Assembly (NCBI GenBank): GCA_963716175.1
Contig: OY970296.1
Coordinates: 3,904,001-3,968,000, forward strand
Reading direction: 5' to 3'
Source of the DNA: an uncultured Armatimonadetes bacterium
GTDB taxonomy: Bacteria > Armatimonadota > Hebobacteria > Hebobacterales > Hebobacteraceae
DNA length: 64,000 nt
Below the pieces are notes generated by a model. It saw only the letters and a list, made by a program, of their open reading frames with translations, made no database searches and had not been told where the DNA came from. Numbering within the stretch: the stretch's first letter is position 1; each line of letters starts with the position of its first letter. This document shows positions 40,289-50,779 of the stretch, piece by piece. The translations under genes were made by a program, and so were the position numbers.

Positions 40289-40737
40289 CCCCGATCCCGC
40301 CCGCCGTGCTCCCGGGAGATGAGGCCAGCGCGCCCGTGCTGGCAGTGGACCCGGGGCGGGACAAGTGCGGGATAGCCGTGGTGGGGCCGGAAGGCAAAGT
40401 GCGCTATCAGGGGATTGTCGCCAGCAGCGCGGTGGCGAAGGCGGCAGCGGGGCTGGCGAGAGAGCACGGGGTGGGCCGCCTGATCGTGGGGGATGGCACC
40501 GGAGCCAGGGAGGTATGCCGGGCGCTGGCCTCGGAGCTGGCGCTGACCCCGGTGCTGGTGGACGAGCACAGATCCAGCGAGCGGGCCAGGCGCAGGTTCT
40601 TCCGGGAGAACCCGCCGCGAGGCTGGCGCCGTTTGATTCCGGTCACGCTTCAGACCCCGAACCGGCCCTACGACGACTATGTGGCGGTGATGCTGGCCGA
40701 ACGCTACCTCGACGTACAGCGGCAGAGCCGCCCCTGA
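40285..40737 (+). CDS. YqgF/RuvX-like RNase H-fold nuclease
   Basis: VDPGRDKCG, GDGTG, VDEHRSS, DDYVA. Confidence 0.8.
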   Translation: MTPIPPAVLPGDEASAPVLAVDPGRDKCGIAVVGPEGKVRYQGIVASSAVAKAAAGLAREHGVGRLIVGDGTGAREVCRALASELALTPVLVDEHRSSERARRRFFRENPPRGWRRLIPVTLQTPNRPYDDYVAVMLAERYLDVQRQSRP

Positions 40738-40824
40738 GGGCCGGCAATCGGGCCTGGAACCCGAGGCCAGTAAGCTCCCGGACCCGGCCGACAGACTCCT
40801 CCCCTATTCCGGCGTAACCGGCGA

Positions 40825-41628
40825 TCAGGTGGTCGCCGGCGCCTGTCCCGCGGCCGCGCTCTTAGTAGCCGCCTTCAGAAACGGGGTGAACAGATCAATG
40901 GGGATCGGGAACAGGGTGGTGGAATTGTTCTCCGAGGCCACCTCAGCCAGAGTCTGAAGGAACCGGAGCTGGAGGGCGATGGGCTGAGTGGCGATGATGT
41001 TGCCTGCGTCCGCCAGCCGCTGGGCGGCTTGGAACTCACCCTCGGCGTTGATGATCTTGGCCCGGCGCTCGCGCTCGATCTCGGCCTGGCGGGCCATGGC
41101 TCGCTTCATGCTGTCGGGCAGGATGACATCCCGCACCTCCACCATCGAGACCTTGATCCCCCAGGGCTCGGTGTGCTCGTCAATGATCTCCTGCAGGCGC
41201 TGGTTGACGCGGTCCCGCGCGGCCAGCAGCTCGTCCAGCTCGGATTGGCCGATCACACTGCGCAGGGTGGTCTGGGCCAGCAGATAGGTGGCCTTGTTGA
41301 AGTTGCGCACCTTCACCACCGCGTCGGCGGGCTCGAGCACCCGGTAATAGACCACCGCGTCCACCGTGACCGGCACGTTGTCCCGGGTCATCATCTCTTG
41401 GCGCTGCACGTCAATGGTCTCGATGCGGGTGCTGATGCGCTCCATCCGGTCCACGATGGGGATGAGCAGAATCAGGCCGGGCCCTTTCACCGGGATCAGA
41501 CGGCCCAGGCGGAAGATCACCGCCCGCTCGTACTCCCGCAGAATCCTGATTGCGGCCGCCAGCACGATGATGAAGAACACCACCACCGCGATCACGACCG
41601 CTAGGCCATAGCTTGCTTGGGTTGCCAC
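40825..41628 (-). CDS. SPFH/stomatin (slipin) family protein
   Basis: [29 protein letters not shown]. Confidence 0.95.
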   Translation of the reverse strand: MATQASYGLAVVIAVVVFFIIVLAAAIRILREYERAVIFRLGRLIPVKGPGLILLIPIVDRMERISTRIETIDVQRQEMMTRDNVPVTVDAVVYYRVLEPADAVVKVRNFNKATYLLAQTTLRSVIGQSELDELLAARDRVNQRLQEIIDEHTEPWGIKVSMVEVRDVILPDSMKRAMARQAEIERERRAKIINAEGEFQAAQRLADAGNIIATQPIALQLRFLQTLAEVASENNSTTLFPIPIDLFTPFLKAATKSAAAGQAPATT

Positions 41629-41655
41629 CGTTCGCCCCTTTCCGTTCCGACTCGT

Positions 41656-43047
41656 TCAAGTCTTCGCCGAGTCGCGAGCCGCCGCCTCCCGCTGCTGCAC
41701 CAGCAGGGTGAGGCCGTCCTGGCCCACCACCTCGACTTCTTCTCCCTCCCCGATTTCGCCTGCCACCGCGCGCGCCCGCCACCGCTCTCCCTCCACCAGC
41801 ACCTCTCCCCTGGGGCTCAGCCTCCCCAGGGCCCGCCCGCGCTGGCGCAGCAGCCCCTCCTCGCCGGTCCGCACTTTGCGCATGTGGGCGCGCACCGCGG
41901 CCCCGGTGACGAAGAGGAAGAAGAGCGTCACCAGCAGGGCCATCACCACGATCACCTGCCAGGAGACCCGCAGCCAGGGGGCCGAGGACCCGGTCAGCAT
42001 GAGCGCGCCCATCACAAAGGAGATCACACCCCCGACTGTCAAGATGCCGTGAGACACCACTTTCACCTCCGCCAGAAAGAGCAGCATGGAGAAAACGATC
42101 AGCCCCACTCCCGCGTAGTTCACCGGCAGCACCGCCATGGAGTAGAGCGCCAGCAGCAGACAGAGCCCTCCGATCACGCCCGGCAGGATGGCGCCAGGAT
42201 TCTGCAGCTCGAACATAATCCCCAGGCCGGCCAGCACCAGCAGCACGAGCAGCAGGTTCGGGTTCCCCAGCACATGGAAAAAGCTCTCCCTGGCGGTAGG
42301 CGAGATCTCGGTCACAGCCGCGCCTGCGGTCTCCAGCGTCACCTCTCGCTTGCCAGGGAGCGACACCTTCCAGCCGTTGATCTTGGCGAGCAGATCCTTG
42401 GGGTCTTCGGCCAGCAGGTCAATCACGTGCAGGCGGAGGGCATCCTTCGCGGTGAGCGTGGCACTCTGCCGCACCGCCCTCGTAGCCCAGTCCGCGTTCC
42501 GCCCCCGCTCCTCCGCGATCACCCGGATCTGCTCCGCGAAGGCGTTGACCACTTTCTGCGTCATGATATCCGGGGAAACCGGAGCTTGCTTTCCCTCCTT
42601 GCCTCCCTCCGGCTGCTCGGGCTTGGGCAGGGAGAGCATCTCCACGGGATGAGCGGCGCCGATGGTAGTGGCCGGATGCATGGCGGCGATGTTCGCAGCC
42701 AGGGTGACGAAGGTGCCGGCCGAGAAGGCGGAGGCCCCTGCGGGGTAGACGTAGACGATGGTGGGGAGGGGGGAGTTGAGCAGGCTCTTGGTCATGTCCA
42801 TCATGGACTCCCCCAGGCCACCGGGGGTGTTCAGTAGAATCAGCAGCGCCTGCGCGTGCTGCCTTCGCGCCTCCGAGAGGGCCCGCTCCAGGTACTCCGC
42901 AGAGGGAACATCAATGGCGCCATCCAGCCGGATCATGGCCACCGGCGGCGGGGCCGTCCACGCCGAGCCTGCCACGCCGCCGGCGGGCAGACCCACCAGC
43001 AGACCGGCGAGGAGCAGGCCCAGCGCCCATTTCGACCATAGCCCCAT
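41656..43047 (-). CDS. nfeD: NfeD family membrane serine protease (long form)
   Basis: NTPGG, ASAFSAG, IGAAHP, TM block, C-terminal OB domain GERWRA. Confidence 0.92.
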   Translation of the reverse strand: MGLWSKWALGLLLAGLLVGLPAGGVAGSAWTAPPPVAMIRLDGAIDVPSAEYLERALSEARRQHAQALLILLNTPGGLGESMMDMTKSLLNSPLPTIVYVYPAGASAFSAGTFVTLAANIAAMHPATTIGAAHPVEMLSLPKPEQPEGGKEGKQAPVSPDIMTQKVVNAFAEQIRVIAEERGRNADWATRAVRQSATLTAKDALRLHVIDLLAEDPKDLLAKINGWKVSLPGKREVTLETAGAAVTEISPTARESFFHVLGNPNLLLVLLVLAGLGIMFELQNPGAILPGVIGGLCLLLALYSMAVLPVNYAGVGLIVFSMLLFLAEVKVVSHGILTVGGVISFVMGALMLTGSSAPWLRVSWQVIVVMALLVTLFFLFVTGAAVRAHMRKVRTGEEGLLRQRGRALGRLSPRGEVLVEGERWRARAVAGEIGEGEEVEVVGQDGLTLLVQQREAAARDSAKT

Positions 43048-44361
43048 CAGAACTCCGATCGCTTTGGGCGCATCCAGGTGGTGGCCTGCCAGCAGGGCAG
43101 GCCCTGCTCGGCGTTGCCGAACTCGCCCGGCAGCTCGCCCCCTGACAGCCCGCGCAGGCCGCGAACCATCAGCAGCGCCACCAGGAAGAAAGGCAGCACA
43201 GCCCACGGCGCCTGCTCGCGGAAGAGATTCTCGGCCTTGGCATAGCCCAGCCAGATAACCCCGCCGGCGGCCGCGACGAGAGACTTGAGAATCTGCTTCG
43301 TCCGCCGCCGGGCGCGCAGAGGGCCCGCGCGCTTCTGCTCACCCCGCTCCACACAATCCAGGCACTGCAGCGCGACCCGGGGCCAGTCGCCAGTGGGGCT
43401 CTGCCGCAGGAAGCCCAGCTCGACGCGGGCATCGTCCCACTTCTCCTGCATGCGGAGGCTGCAGGCCAGCATGGAACGCACCGCGATGCGGGGGCCGCTG
43501 CTGCCGGCCTGGCGCTGGAAATGCTCCTCGGCGGCGGGGTAGTCCCGGAGATGATAGCGGGCCAGGCCCAGGGCCGTCTCCGCCCGGAAGTCGCCCGCCG
43601 CATGGTCGAGCGCCTGCTGCAAGGCCTCGGCCGCCTCCCGATTGGCGCGAGAACAAACAGGTCACCCCGAGATTCCACCAGGCATCGGTATCGTAAGGCT
43701 CGGCCTTTGCCGCGGCTCTGAAGACCTGTCGCGCGCCCTTGAACTTGCCGATCACCACATCGGCCCGGCCCAACTGCACCAGGGCGTGCGCCTCCCGGCC
43801 ATACTCGCGGGCGTCCCGTCGGTACCCTGTGATGGCCTCGGTATCGGCATCGGCGAAGCTGATCGCCAGCTCGGTGTAGGGATCAACGATAGCCTCCCGA
43901 GCCTGCTCCCGGGCCTGGCGCACCCGGCCCCAGTACTGCTCCACTCGGGCATCGTACACCACCAGAGGACGTTCCCGCAGCAGGCCCAGCTCGCGCAGTT
44001 CCTGGCGCGTCTCCCAGGCGCGCTGTCGGTCCGCGGCTTGCTCGCCGGCCGCCTGGAGGACCTGGCCGTCCCCTTCAGCCTTGGGCGGCTCGGGCCGGCC
44101 CCAGACATCGGTGACCAGCACCTCGCCCATGCCGGCAGGCACCGGTTCGGTCAGCAGAGAGCGGGCCTGCGACAGATCGGGTGCCGGTGGCGCACCCTCC
44201 TCGGCCTCGTCGCCCTCCGCCTCCGCGGTGGCGGGACCGACCGGCCTCGCTTCCTCCAGATCCCCGGTGGCTACGCCGCCAACGGCGACCGCGGCGCCGG
44301 CCGGGGGCCAGGCCACTTGCCCAGTCTCTCTCTCCTTTGGCTCCATCTCCACTTGGGTCAA
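43047..44361 (-). CDS. TPR protein with acidic N-terminus and C-terminal TM helices (frameshift near 43647)
   Basis: ORFs 43339-44361 and 43047-43622 join mid-TPR (AWWNLGVTC...NREAAEALQQAL). Stop overlaps the nfeD ATG. Confidence 0.72.
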
Positions 44362-44378
44362 GCTACTCCTCGCGTGGT

Positions 44379-44421
44379 GTTTCGGGACTTGCTTCGCGTT
44401 CCGGGACCTAAGTCCCGAAAC
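44379..44421. repeat. 12-bp perfect inverted repeat just upstream of the TPR gene SD
   Basis: GTTTCGGGACTT-19-AAGTCCCGAAAC. Confidence 0.7.
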
Positions 44422-44473
44422 GCCGGTGCTTCTCGTCCGCCACTCTGCCCGCCTTCGCCGACACCACCAGGGG

Positions 44474-46120
44474 CTAGGTAGCGCTGGCCAGCACGCGCTG
44501 GAAGGCGGCTACGGCCTCGGGGTCATATTTCGTCCCGGCATGTGCCGCCAGCTCGGCCAGCGCCTCCGCCTCCGACCGTGCCGGTCGGTAGGGTCGGTCG
44601 GCGGTCATGGCGGCGACGACGTCGGCCACCGCCAGCACCCGCGCGCCCAGCGGAATCTCGTCTCCCATCAGACCCTCGGGATACCCGCTGCCGTCCAGTC
44701 TCTCATGATGATACCGCACTGCGGGCTTGATTGACCAGGGAAATTCCAGCGCATCGAGGATCTGCACCCCCACCAGCGGGTGGGTGCGGACGATCTCGGC
44801 CTCCAGCGGGGTGAGTGGCCCTGGCTTGAGCAGGATCATATCACTGATGCTGACCCGGCCAATGTCGTGAACTCGCGCGGCCACGCGAATTCCTTCCGCG
44901 ATGTCGTCTGGGCAGCCCATCTCCCTGGCAATGGCGAGCGCCAGCCGCGCCACCCGGTCGGCGTGGCCCCGGGCGTAGCGATCCCGGGCCTCCACCGCCC
45001 GCGTCAGCGCGCGTACCACCGCGTACATCGCCTGCCGGTCGGGCTGAGCCGAGGGCGGCGCGGCGGCGGTCCGCTCTTCCCCCGAGAGGTAGTCCTCGAG
45101 CCGCGCCCCCCGATCTCGCTGCCGCTCCGCCAGGAAGGAGGCGACCAGAGCATTGACGGGCCGCACGCCCTCATCGGCAGTCTCCGTCAGCCCCTCCACC
45201 ACCGCCGCCTGAGCGTCGCCAGAAAGCGCAGCCAGCGCGGCCTCTCGCGCCGGCTCCTTGAGCCGCTCCCAGAGCAGAGTCAAAACGGGCTCGAGTTGCT
45301 CGCGGGCGCGGGAGCGGATGTACCAGCGCTGCTCCTCGGTCAGCGGAATCTGCCCCGACTTGCATTCGAACACTTCGTAAGCCACCACCTGCAGGTAATA
45401 GGGCCAGCCCCCGGCCAGCTCCAGCAGGAAATCGCGCTCAGCCGAGAGGTCCACGCCAGACTCCTCGGCGAGAGCGCAGACGTGGCGCCAGGCCAGCTCC
45501 GGGTCGAGGCCGCGCAGGTGGACGATGGAGAAGAGGTCAGCGAAAGGCGAGCCGACCTCCCGCCCGGCGATCTCGATCTCGTGCAGCCGGCACTCGGTGG
45601 CAGTGACGAAGCATACCCCCGGGTGGGCAGCAAGGTGGCGCAGGGCGGAGAAAAAGTTGAGATCGAAGGCCGGGTTCCTGGCGGCCAGCTCCACCTCGTC
45701 CAGGAGGAAAACCAGGCGCTCGCCGGCCACCTCGATCTGCTCCAGGATCTCCTCCAGCTCGAGGAAGCTGAGCGCATCGCGGGCCTTGATGTGGGGCCAG
45801 ACCACGGTGATCTTGCCGGTGGTCTGGCGCGCCAGCTCCTGCACCATGAGGTGGAAGAACTGCTCGGCGCTGATGGTGCCCAGCCCTTCGAAGCTGAGAT
45901 GAACCGCGGCGTGCTGAGCCGGCGATAGCCCGTGGCCGGCCAGGGCGCTGGGGCGGGCGAGGTGGAGCAGAAGCGACGTCTTTCCTGACTTCACCGGCCC
46001 CACCAGGGAGCAATTCTGACTGCCCGCCACCAGGCGCACGACCTCTCGCGTCTCTCTGGGGCGCCCAAAGTAGAACCTGGCCTCCGTGATCGGGCCCCGG
46101 TTGAAGAATGGATTCGTCAT
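44474..46120 (-). CDS. STAND-type P-loop ATPase fused to an HD-GYP phosphodiesterase
   Basis: NPFFNRGPI..FGR, Walker A GPVKSGKTS, Walker B LLDEVE, AGGWPY; HDIG, HHERLDGSGYP, DRPYR. Confidence 0.9.
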   Translation of the reverse strand: MTNPFFNRGPITEARFYFGRPRETREVVRLVAGSQNCSLVGPVKSGKTSLLLHLARPSALAGHGLSPAQHAAVHLSFEGLGTISAEQFFHLMVQELARQTTGKITVVWPHIKARDALSFLELEEILEQIEVAGERLVFLLDEVELAARNPAFDLNFFSALRHLAAHPGVCFVTATECRLHEIEIAGREVGSPFADLFSIVHLRGLDPELAWRHVCALAEESGVDLSAERDFLLELAGGWPYYLQVVAYEVFECKSGQIPLTEEQRWYIRSRAREQLEPVLTLLWERLKEPAREAALAALSGDAQAAVVEGLTETADEGVRPVNALVASFLAERQRDRGARLEDYLSGEERTAAAPPSAQPDRQAMYAVVRALTRAVEARDRYARGHADRVARLALAIAREMGCPDDIAEGIRVAARVHDIGRVSISDMILLKPGPLTPLEAEIVRTHPLVGVQILDALEFPWSIKPAVRYHHERLDGSGYPEGLMGDEIPLGARVLAVADVVAAMTADRPYRPARSEAEALAELAAHAGTKYDPEAVAAFQRVLASAT

Positions 46121-49100
46121 CGTGGTCCCCCCTGCCTCAACCAGAGTGAGAGCAGGCCCACTTGCAGAACGCACTGGCCGGCCTGCTCTGCTACCAGCTC
46201 CGAGGCTGCTAACGCTCTCACTGCTCTTCGCACGCCAGCGGAATCGAGACCCGTAACCCGCCTCAGTTCGTCAACGCTGAGCCCGCCTTTGCCGAGGCTA
46301 CGGTCGCCGGGCCTGGACTGGTGGCCGGCAAGCGCGCCGAGGATCGGCTGCCCCTGGGGGCCAGCGCTCTCCCAGAGGTATCGGAGATGGATGTCGCCCT
46401 GCTCTACCACGTCGGCCGCCGCCTCCTCGACCAGGCTCACGCGAACCGCCGCCTCCTGCAACTGGACACAGCGCTCAACCAGGCGGTAGCCCAGGAGCTG
46501 GAGGAGATAGGGGTTCCTCCCGGTGAGCGTGATGGCCCGGGCCAGCGCGGCCTCTTCGCAGACTACGCCCAATCTGCCCAAGGGAACGCGGATCACCTGC
46601 TCGGCCACCTCGGGCTTGAGGCATCCGATCCTGCGGTGGGTGGCGAGATTGAGAAGAAAGGACCAGTGCTCGCCTGCCAGCTCCTCCAGCCGATCACTGC
46701 CAGAGAGCACGAAGCTGATGTTGCGGCTGTGTTGGATCAGGTGGCGGAGCTGAGAGAATACCTCCGGGCCCAGCACCCCGGTTCGCACCTTCTGCTCCAG
46801 GTCGTCGAACTCGTCCAGCAGCAAGACCACCCGGCCTTCCAGGCGGTCGGCTGCCTCCTGCACCTGCTCGGGCCCGCTGCTATAGCTGTCATAGGGCGCC
46901 GCGCCAGCCTCCCTGACCATGGGCTCCGAGGCCTTGGGTAGCGCCCGCCGCGCCAACTCCTGGAAGAAGGCGCCTGTGTCGTCCACCAGCATCCCTTGCA
47001 CATCAATGAAGGTGGGACGACACCACTGCGCCAGCCTGGCCTCCAGCCGCTTCAGCAAGCTGGTCTTGCCGGTGCGCCTCTGGCCCACCAGCACCACCAC
47101 GTTGCCCTCGTCGCCGCTGGTCAGGGCCCGCTCGACAAAGGCGATCTCGGCCGCGCGGCCAAAGAACATGGCGCTGTCTGCCGCCAGGGGCTTGCCCACG
47201 ACGTAGGGGTTGGCAACGGCCATGAGCGGAGTAGGCCGCACCGCCTGTACGCGGTCGGCGATCGCCTGACTGTGCCAGCCTAAGGCATCGCGAAACCGGA
47301 CCAGTCCGCGAACAGTGCGGGTCCCGGGCCGGGTGTGCCTGACCTCTATGCCTACCTGCGCTTCCTCGCCGGGCCTGAGGCAGGCAATGTCCTGCACCGG
47401 CGCTCCCTCCATCCCCACTAGCAGGTCCCAGGCGCGGCCTTGGCCCGCGTTCTCGATGCTCATGAGCAGCAGGGAGCCAGGCCCGGCGACCAGATGCTGC
47501 GAGACAAGAGCCACGCGCAGGTCGGCCGGCGCGGCCTCCTGCGCCACCCGGTCTACCAGCAGCTCCCAGTTGTGCAGGATTGGAAGCACCAGGGGCCAGT
47601 AGGCCCGTTCCCGGTCGTGGGTTGGACCCGCCGCGAGCGCGGCGCGGGCACGCGCCAGGTAGCGGTCGCGGGAGAGGCGAGAGCGCGCTCGCACCGCCTG
47701 CTTCATCATCTTGGCTGCGGCCACCACAAAGGAGACTGCGTCGAAACTGGCAGCGGGACAGGTCGCGGCCTGGCGCACCACGTCCTCGGGAGTGGCGGCG
47801 TCAGCGCAGTCCCCCAGCCAGGACAGGACCTCGGCGAGATCATCGCGCTCGACGAAGCGTAATGCCAGGGACAGATCGCGCAGCGCCTCGCCCAGGTCCT
47901 CTCCTCCCTCTAGGGCCCGCGCGGCGCAGCGCGCGAGCTCAGCCACCTCTGGGGTGCGGGCGCACCGCGCCACCTGCCAGATCACGCTGGTGGTCGCCGC
48001 CCGCAGGGGCCACCAGTAGAAGACCACCGGCAGCCGCTTCGGGTCTTGGTCGAAGGCAGCGGCAATGCCTTCGGCCGCGGCCAATGCCGTGGCCTGGTTG
48101 CTGGCGAGCGAAACCAGCTGCTCCCACATGGGGCCGGGCAGGTCGAGCATGTGCCGACAGAGAGTGCGGGTGGCGGCGAGGGCAGCCGGCGCATGCCGGT
48201 CTCCCGTTAGGCGAAGCAGCAGGTCCACCTCGGGCACGCCTCGGGGCTCCAGAGAGGCGGCGGCCGCGGCCCGCACCATCGGCTCGCGGTCCACACTTGC
48301 CGCCAGAAGGGCGCCGTGGACACCCACCGCGCCCAGGGACCTGATCGCCGCCGCCCGGACCATGACTGCTCGATCGCCGGCCAACTGCTGCAGGAGATTG
48401 GCCACTCCCTCCCCTCTCGGCCCTTCGACTCCCCCCCGGCCAGGCCTGGCGAGGGCTTCTGCCACCGCGGCACGGACCTCCGGGGAGCGGTCCGCGGCCA
48501 GACGGGAGAGCAAGGCAGGTGGCGCAAGCTCTCGATGTGCCGCAAGCACCCCGGCCGCGGCCGCCCTCACCGCTGCGCTGCGGTCCCGGGTCAGCGGCGG
48601 GAGGCAAGCTGCTGCCCAGCGCCAACCCTCTGCGGCCCACCTACCAAGGGCAGGAACAACGAGGGCGCGAACCTGAGGATCGCGGTCGGCGAGGCAGAGC
48701 TGAGCGGCGCGGGACAGGCCGCGGCCAGAGAGGTGCGGCAAAGCTGGGGCCACCGCCTTCCTTCCGGCTGCCCCGGACTCGGCCAGGCGGAGCAGAAGGC
48801 GGGCCGCGATGGCAGGCCGAACGGGTGATAGGTCCACCGCGCCGAAGGCGACGCCGGAGAGAACGCGCTGGTCTGCGCTGGCTAGAGCAGTGTCGAGCCA
48901 GGAAAGCGCTCGCCGGATGGCCGCACCCCTCGCCTGGCCCAGTGCGGCGGCCGCCGCCCAGCGCATCTCGCCATTGGGGTCGGTGAGCCGCCGCCCCAGT
49001 TCATCCACCGCCCAGGCCGAGCCGTCCCCTGCCTCCTCCTCCATCCCGGACAGAGCGGCCAGGCGCACGGTGCGCTCCGGGTGGCGGCCCAGCGCCAGCA

Positions 49101-49434
49101 GCTCTTCTCGAAAGCGGCCCTGCTGCTTGCCCAAAGCCATTCCCGCAGGGAGCGAGGAGGTGGGATCGCCTGCTGTGACCAGATCAATCACTAGCTTCGG
49201 CTGTGAGCAGGCGAGCTGGCGCAGCCCGGGAACGGCTGCCTTGGGAGGAAGGGAGAGCCGGCCTTGAGCGACATCGAAGAGGAAACGGCGCGCCCACCCC
49301 CCGCGCGCCGCCAGTCCGCCCAGCTCCTGCCAGGCGGCAACCGCTCTGTTTGCGTCGCTACCCCAGACTGCCCGGCACACCGCCCTCAGGTCCAAGCCTT
49401 CCGGAGCCTGTCCTCTACCCCGTGGCCGGCGCAT
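46117..49434 (-). CDS. HEAT-repeat + Ig-like + STAND ATPase + wHTH protein
   Basis: Many D....VR..AA.AL repeats; NPYVVGKP..FFGR, GQRRTGKTS, LLDEFD, GRNPYLLQ; ATGA overlap with the next gene. Confidence 0.88.
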   Translation of the reverse strand: MRRPRGRGQAPEGLDLRAVCRAVWGSDANRAVAAWQELGGLAARGGWARRFLFDVAQGRLSLPPKAAVPGLRQLACSQPKLVIDLVTAGDPTSSLPAGMALGKQQGRFREELLALGRHPERTVRLAALSGMEEEAGDGSAWAVDELGRRLTDPNGEMRWAAAAALGQARGAAIRRALSWLDTALASADQRVLSGVAFGAVDLSPVRPAIAARLLLRLAESGAAGRKAVAPALPHLSGRGLSRAAQLCLADRDPQVRALVVPALGRWAAEGWRWAAACLPPLTRDRSAAVRAAAAGVLAAHRELAPPALLSRLAADRSPEVRAAVAEALARPGRGGVEGPRGEGVANLLQQLAGDRAVMVRAAAIRSLGAVGVHGALLAASVDREPMVRAAAAASLEPRGVPEVDLLLRLTGDRHAPAALAATRTLCRHMLDLPGPMWEQLVSLASNQATALAAAEGIAAAFDQDPKRLPVVFYWWPLRAATTSVIWQVARCARTPEVAELARCAARALEGGEDLGEALRDLSLALRFVERDDLAEVLSWLGDCADAATPEDVVRQAATCPAASFDAVSFVVAAAKMMKQAVRARSRLSRDRYLARARAALAAGPTHDRERAYWPLVLPILHNWELLVDRVAQEAAPADLRVALVSQHLVAGPGSLLLMSIENAGQGRAWDLLVGMEGAPVQDIACLRPGEEAQVGIEVRHTRPGTRTVRGLVRFRDALGWHSQAIADRVQAVRPTPLMAVANPYVVGKPLAADSAMFFGRAAEIAFVERALTSGDEGNVVVLVGQRRTGKTSLLKRLEARLAQWCRPTFIDVQGMLVDDTGAFFQELARRALPKASEPMVREAGAAPYDSYSSGPEQVQEAADRLEGRVVLLLDEFDDLEQKVRTGVLGPEVFSQLRHLIQHSRNISFVLSGSDRLEELAGEHWSFLLNLATHRRIGCLKPEVAEQVIRVPLGRLGVVCEEAALARAITLTGRNPYLLQLLGYRLVERCVQLQEAAVRVSLVEEAAADVVEQGDIHLRYLWESAGPQGQPILGALAGHQSRPGDRSLGKGGLSVDELRRVTGLDSAGVRRAVRALAASELVAEQAGQCVLQVGLLSLWLRQGGPR

Positions 49435-49657
49435 CTGCCCCTCTCGCCGAGGGCCAATGAGGACCCCAAATCGGCACGAGCGACTCAGCGTCTTAATACC
49501 ACATGACCAGGCCCTTATCCTTCTCGCGGACTCCGATTCGCCGCCAGGATGCCCAAATCCAGGGGAACGACCCGCGGCTGAAGGCTTCCCCCTTCGCCAA
49601 AGGCTTCGCCGGGCGTGTCGGCATGGCCGCGCAGCAGCAAGGTCGGGCACAAGGATA

Positions 49658-49686
49658 TTGCCTCGGGCGGCGGATTGTGGTAGAAT
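49658..49686 (+). promoter_or_regulatory. Putative sigma70 promoter
   Basis: TTGCCT-17-TAGAAT with TGn. Confidence 0.55.
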
Positions 49687-49742
49687 CACATGGGCTATTG
49701 TTTGGGGGAGCGCGCATATCAGTTAGACGAGGAGTGCGAGGG

Positions 49743-50699
49743 ATGCGCGGGAGCTGTCTAGCCATCGCCCTGCTGCTGATGCTGGGCGCGGCGCAGACGT
49801 TATGGGCAGGTCCTTTTACTGAAGTTCCCAGCGGACACTGGGCATACGGCGCCTGCGGGCGGCTGGCCGAGCTGGGGGTGCTGGGGTCCGAGCGGGCGAG
49901 CGCCTTCTCGGGCAATCCGCAGCTCACTCGCTTCGAGTTCGGGGTGGCCATCCTGGAGCCGCTGACCGAGGTGGACCGGGCGATGGCCGCGCTGCCGCCG
50001 GAGCCGGAGGTCAAGACGGCCCGGAACGCGGTGACGCGGGCCCTGCGAGTCAGCCCCTATTCCTCGGAGGACCAGATTGCCGCCGGTGCGGCCGATCTGC
50101 GCCGCCTCAGCGGCGAGTTCGGCGATGTGCTGCGCGGGCTGGGCTTCGAGCCGGGCCGGGCAGCGCGCGGCCTCCAGGCTCTGGACGCAGCCGGCCTGAG
50201 AGAGTGGAGGGCGGAGGCTCTCTCCGCGCCGGGCCGAGCCTTGATGGCTCTGACTCCGGCGAGAAGGGCGGATGACGCACTCCGCGTGCCAGTGGGACAC
50301 GGGACGGTGGCTCTGAGCTATGACCGCGATCTGAGGCCGCCGGAGGTGATGGATTACCTGGCTGCCTCTGCGGCCGAGCGTGGGACCAAGCCCGATGCCT
50401 CCGGGAACGCTGAGCCAGCGCTGCGCGATCCCCTGGTTTCTCGGCTGCGCACCGCGTACGAATATGGGCTGGGGTCGGCTCTCACGCTCAGCCTGGCCTA
50501 CGAGGAGATCGCCCGCCGGGGGCAGGGGCTGGCGCCCTTGGACAGCGCCTCGTTCGCCTCCCTGGGCATCGGATACCGGTTGACTCCATCGGCCTCGGTG
50601 AAGCTATCGTATTCGCTGCTGGAGTACTCCAACTACGTCGTGGACAGCCCGCCCCTGCGCGACCGAATGGCCGAAACCGCGGTCTCTATCGGGTTCTAG
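49743..50699 (+). CDS. SLH-domain exported protein with a beta-strand C-terminus (OM tether-like)
   Basis: Signal peptide, FTEVPSGHWAY, LTRFEF; amphipathic strands ending in Phe. Confidence 0.72.
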   Translation: MRGSCLAIALLLMLGAAQTLWAGPFTEVPSGHWAYGACGRLAELGVLGSERASAFSGNPQLTRFEFGVAILEPLTEVDRAMAALPPEPEVKTARNAVTRALRVSPYSSEDQIAAGAADLRRLSGEFGDVLRGLGFEPGRAARGLQALDAAGLREWRAEALSAPGRALMALTPARRADDALRVPVGHGTVALSYDRDLRPPEVMDYLAASAAERGTKPDASGNAEPALRDPLVSRLRTAYEYGLGSALTLSLAYEEIARRGQGLAPLDSASFASLGIGYRLTPSASVKLSYSLLEYSNYVVDSPPLRDRMAETAVSIGF

Positions 50700-50779
50700 T
50701 GCAACCGCGAGGAGCGTTCAGCCTTCGCAGCCGAGGCGGCTTCGGTGGAGGAGGCGCTCCCGCGGGCAGCACCATCTGG

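Noticed and set aside
38972-40737. DUF3084 + YqgF-like pair as part of the MraY unit
   Set aside because: It has its own promoter, and the pair is already familiar from other Terrabacteria.
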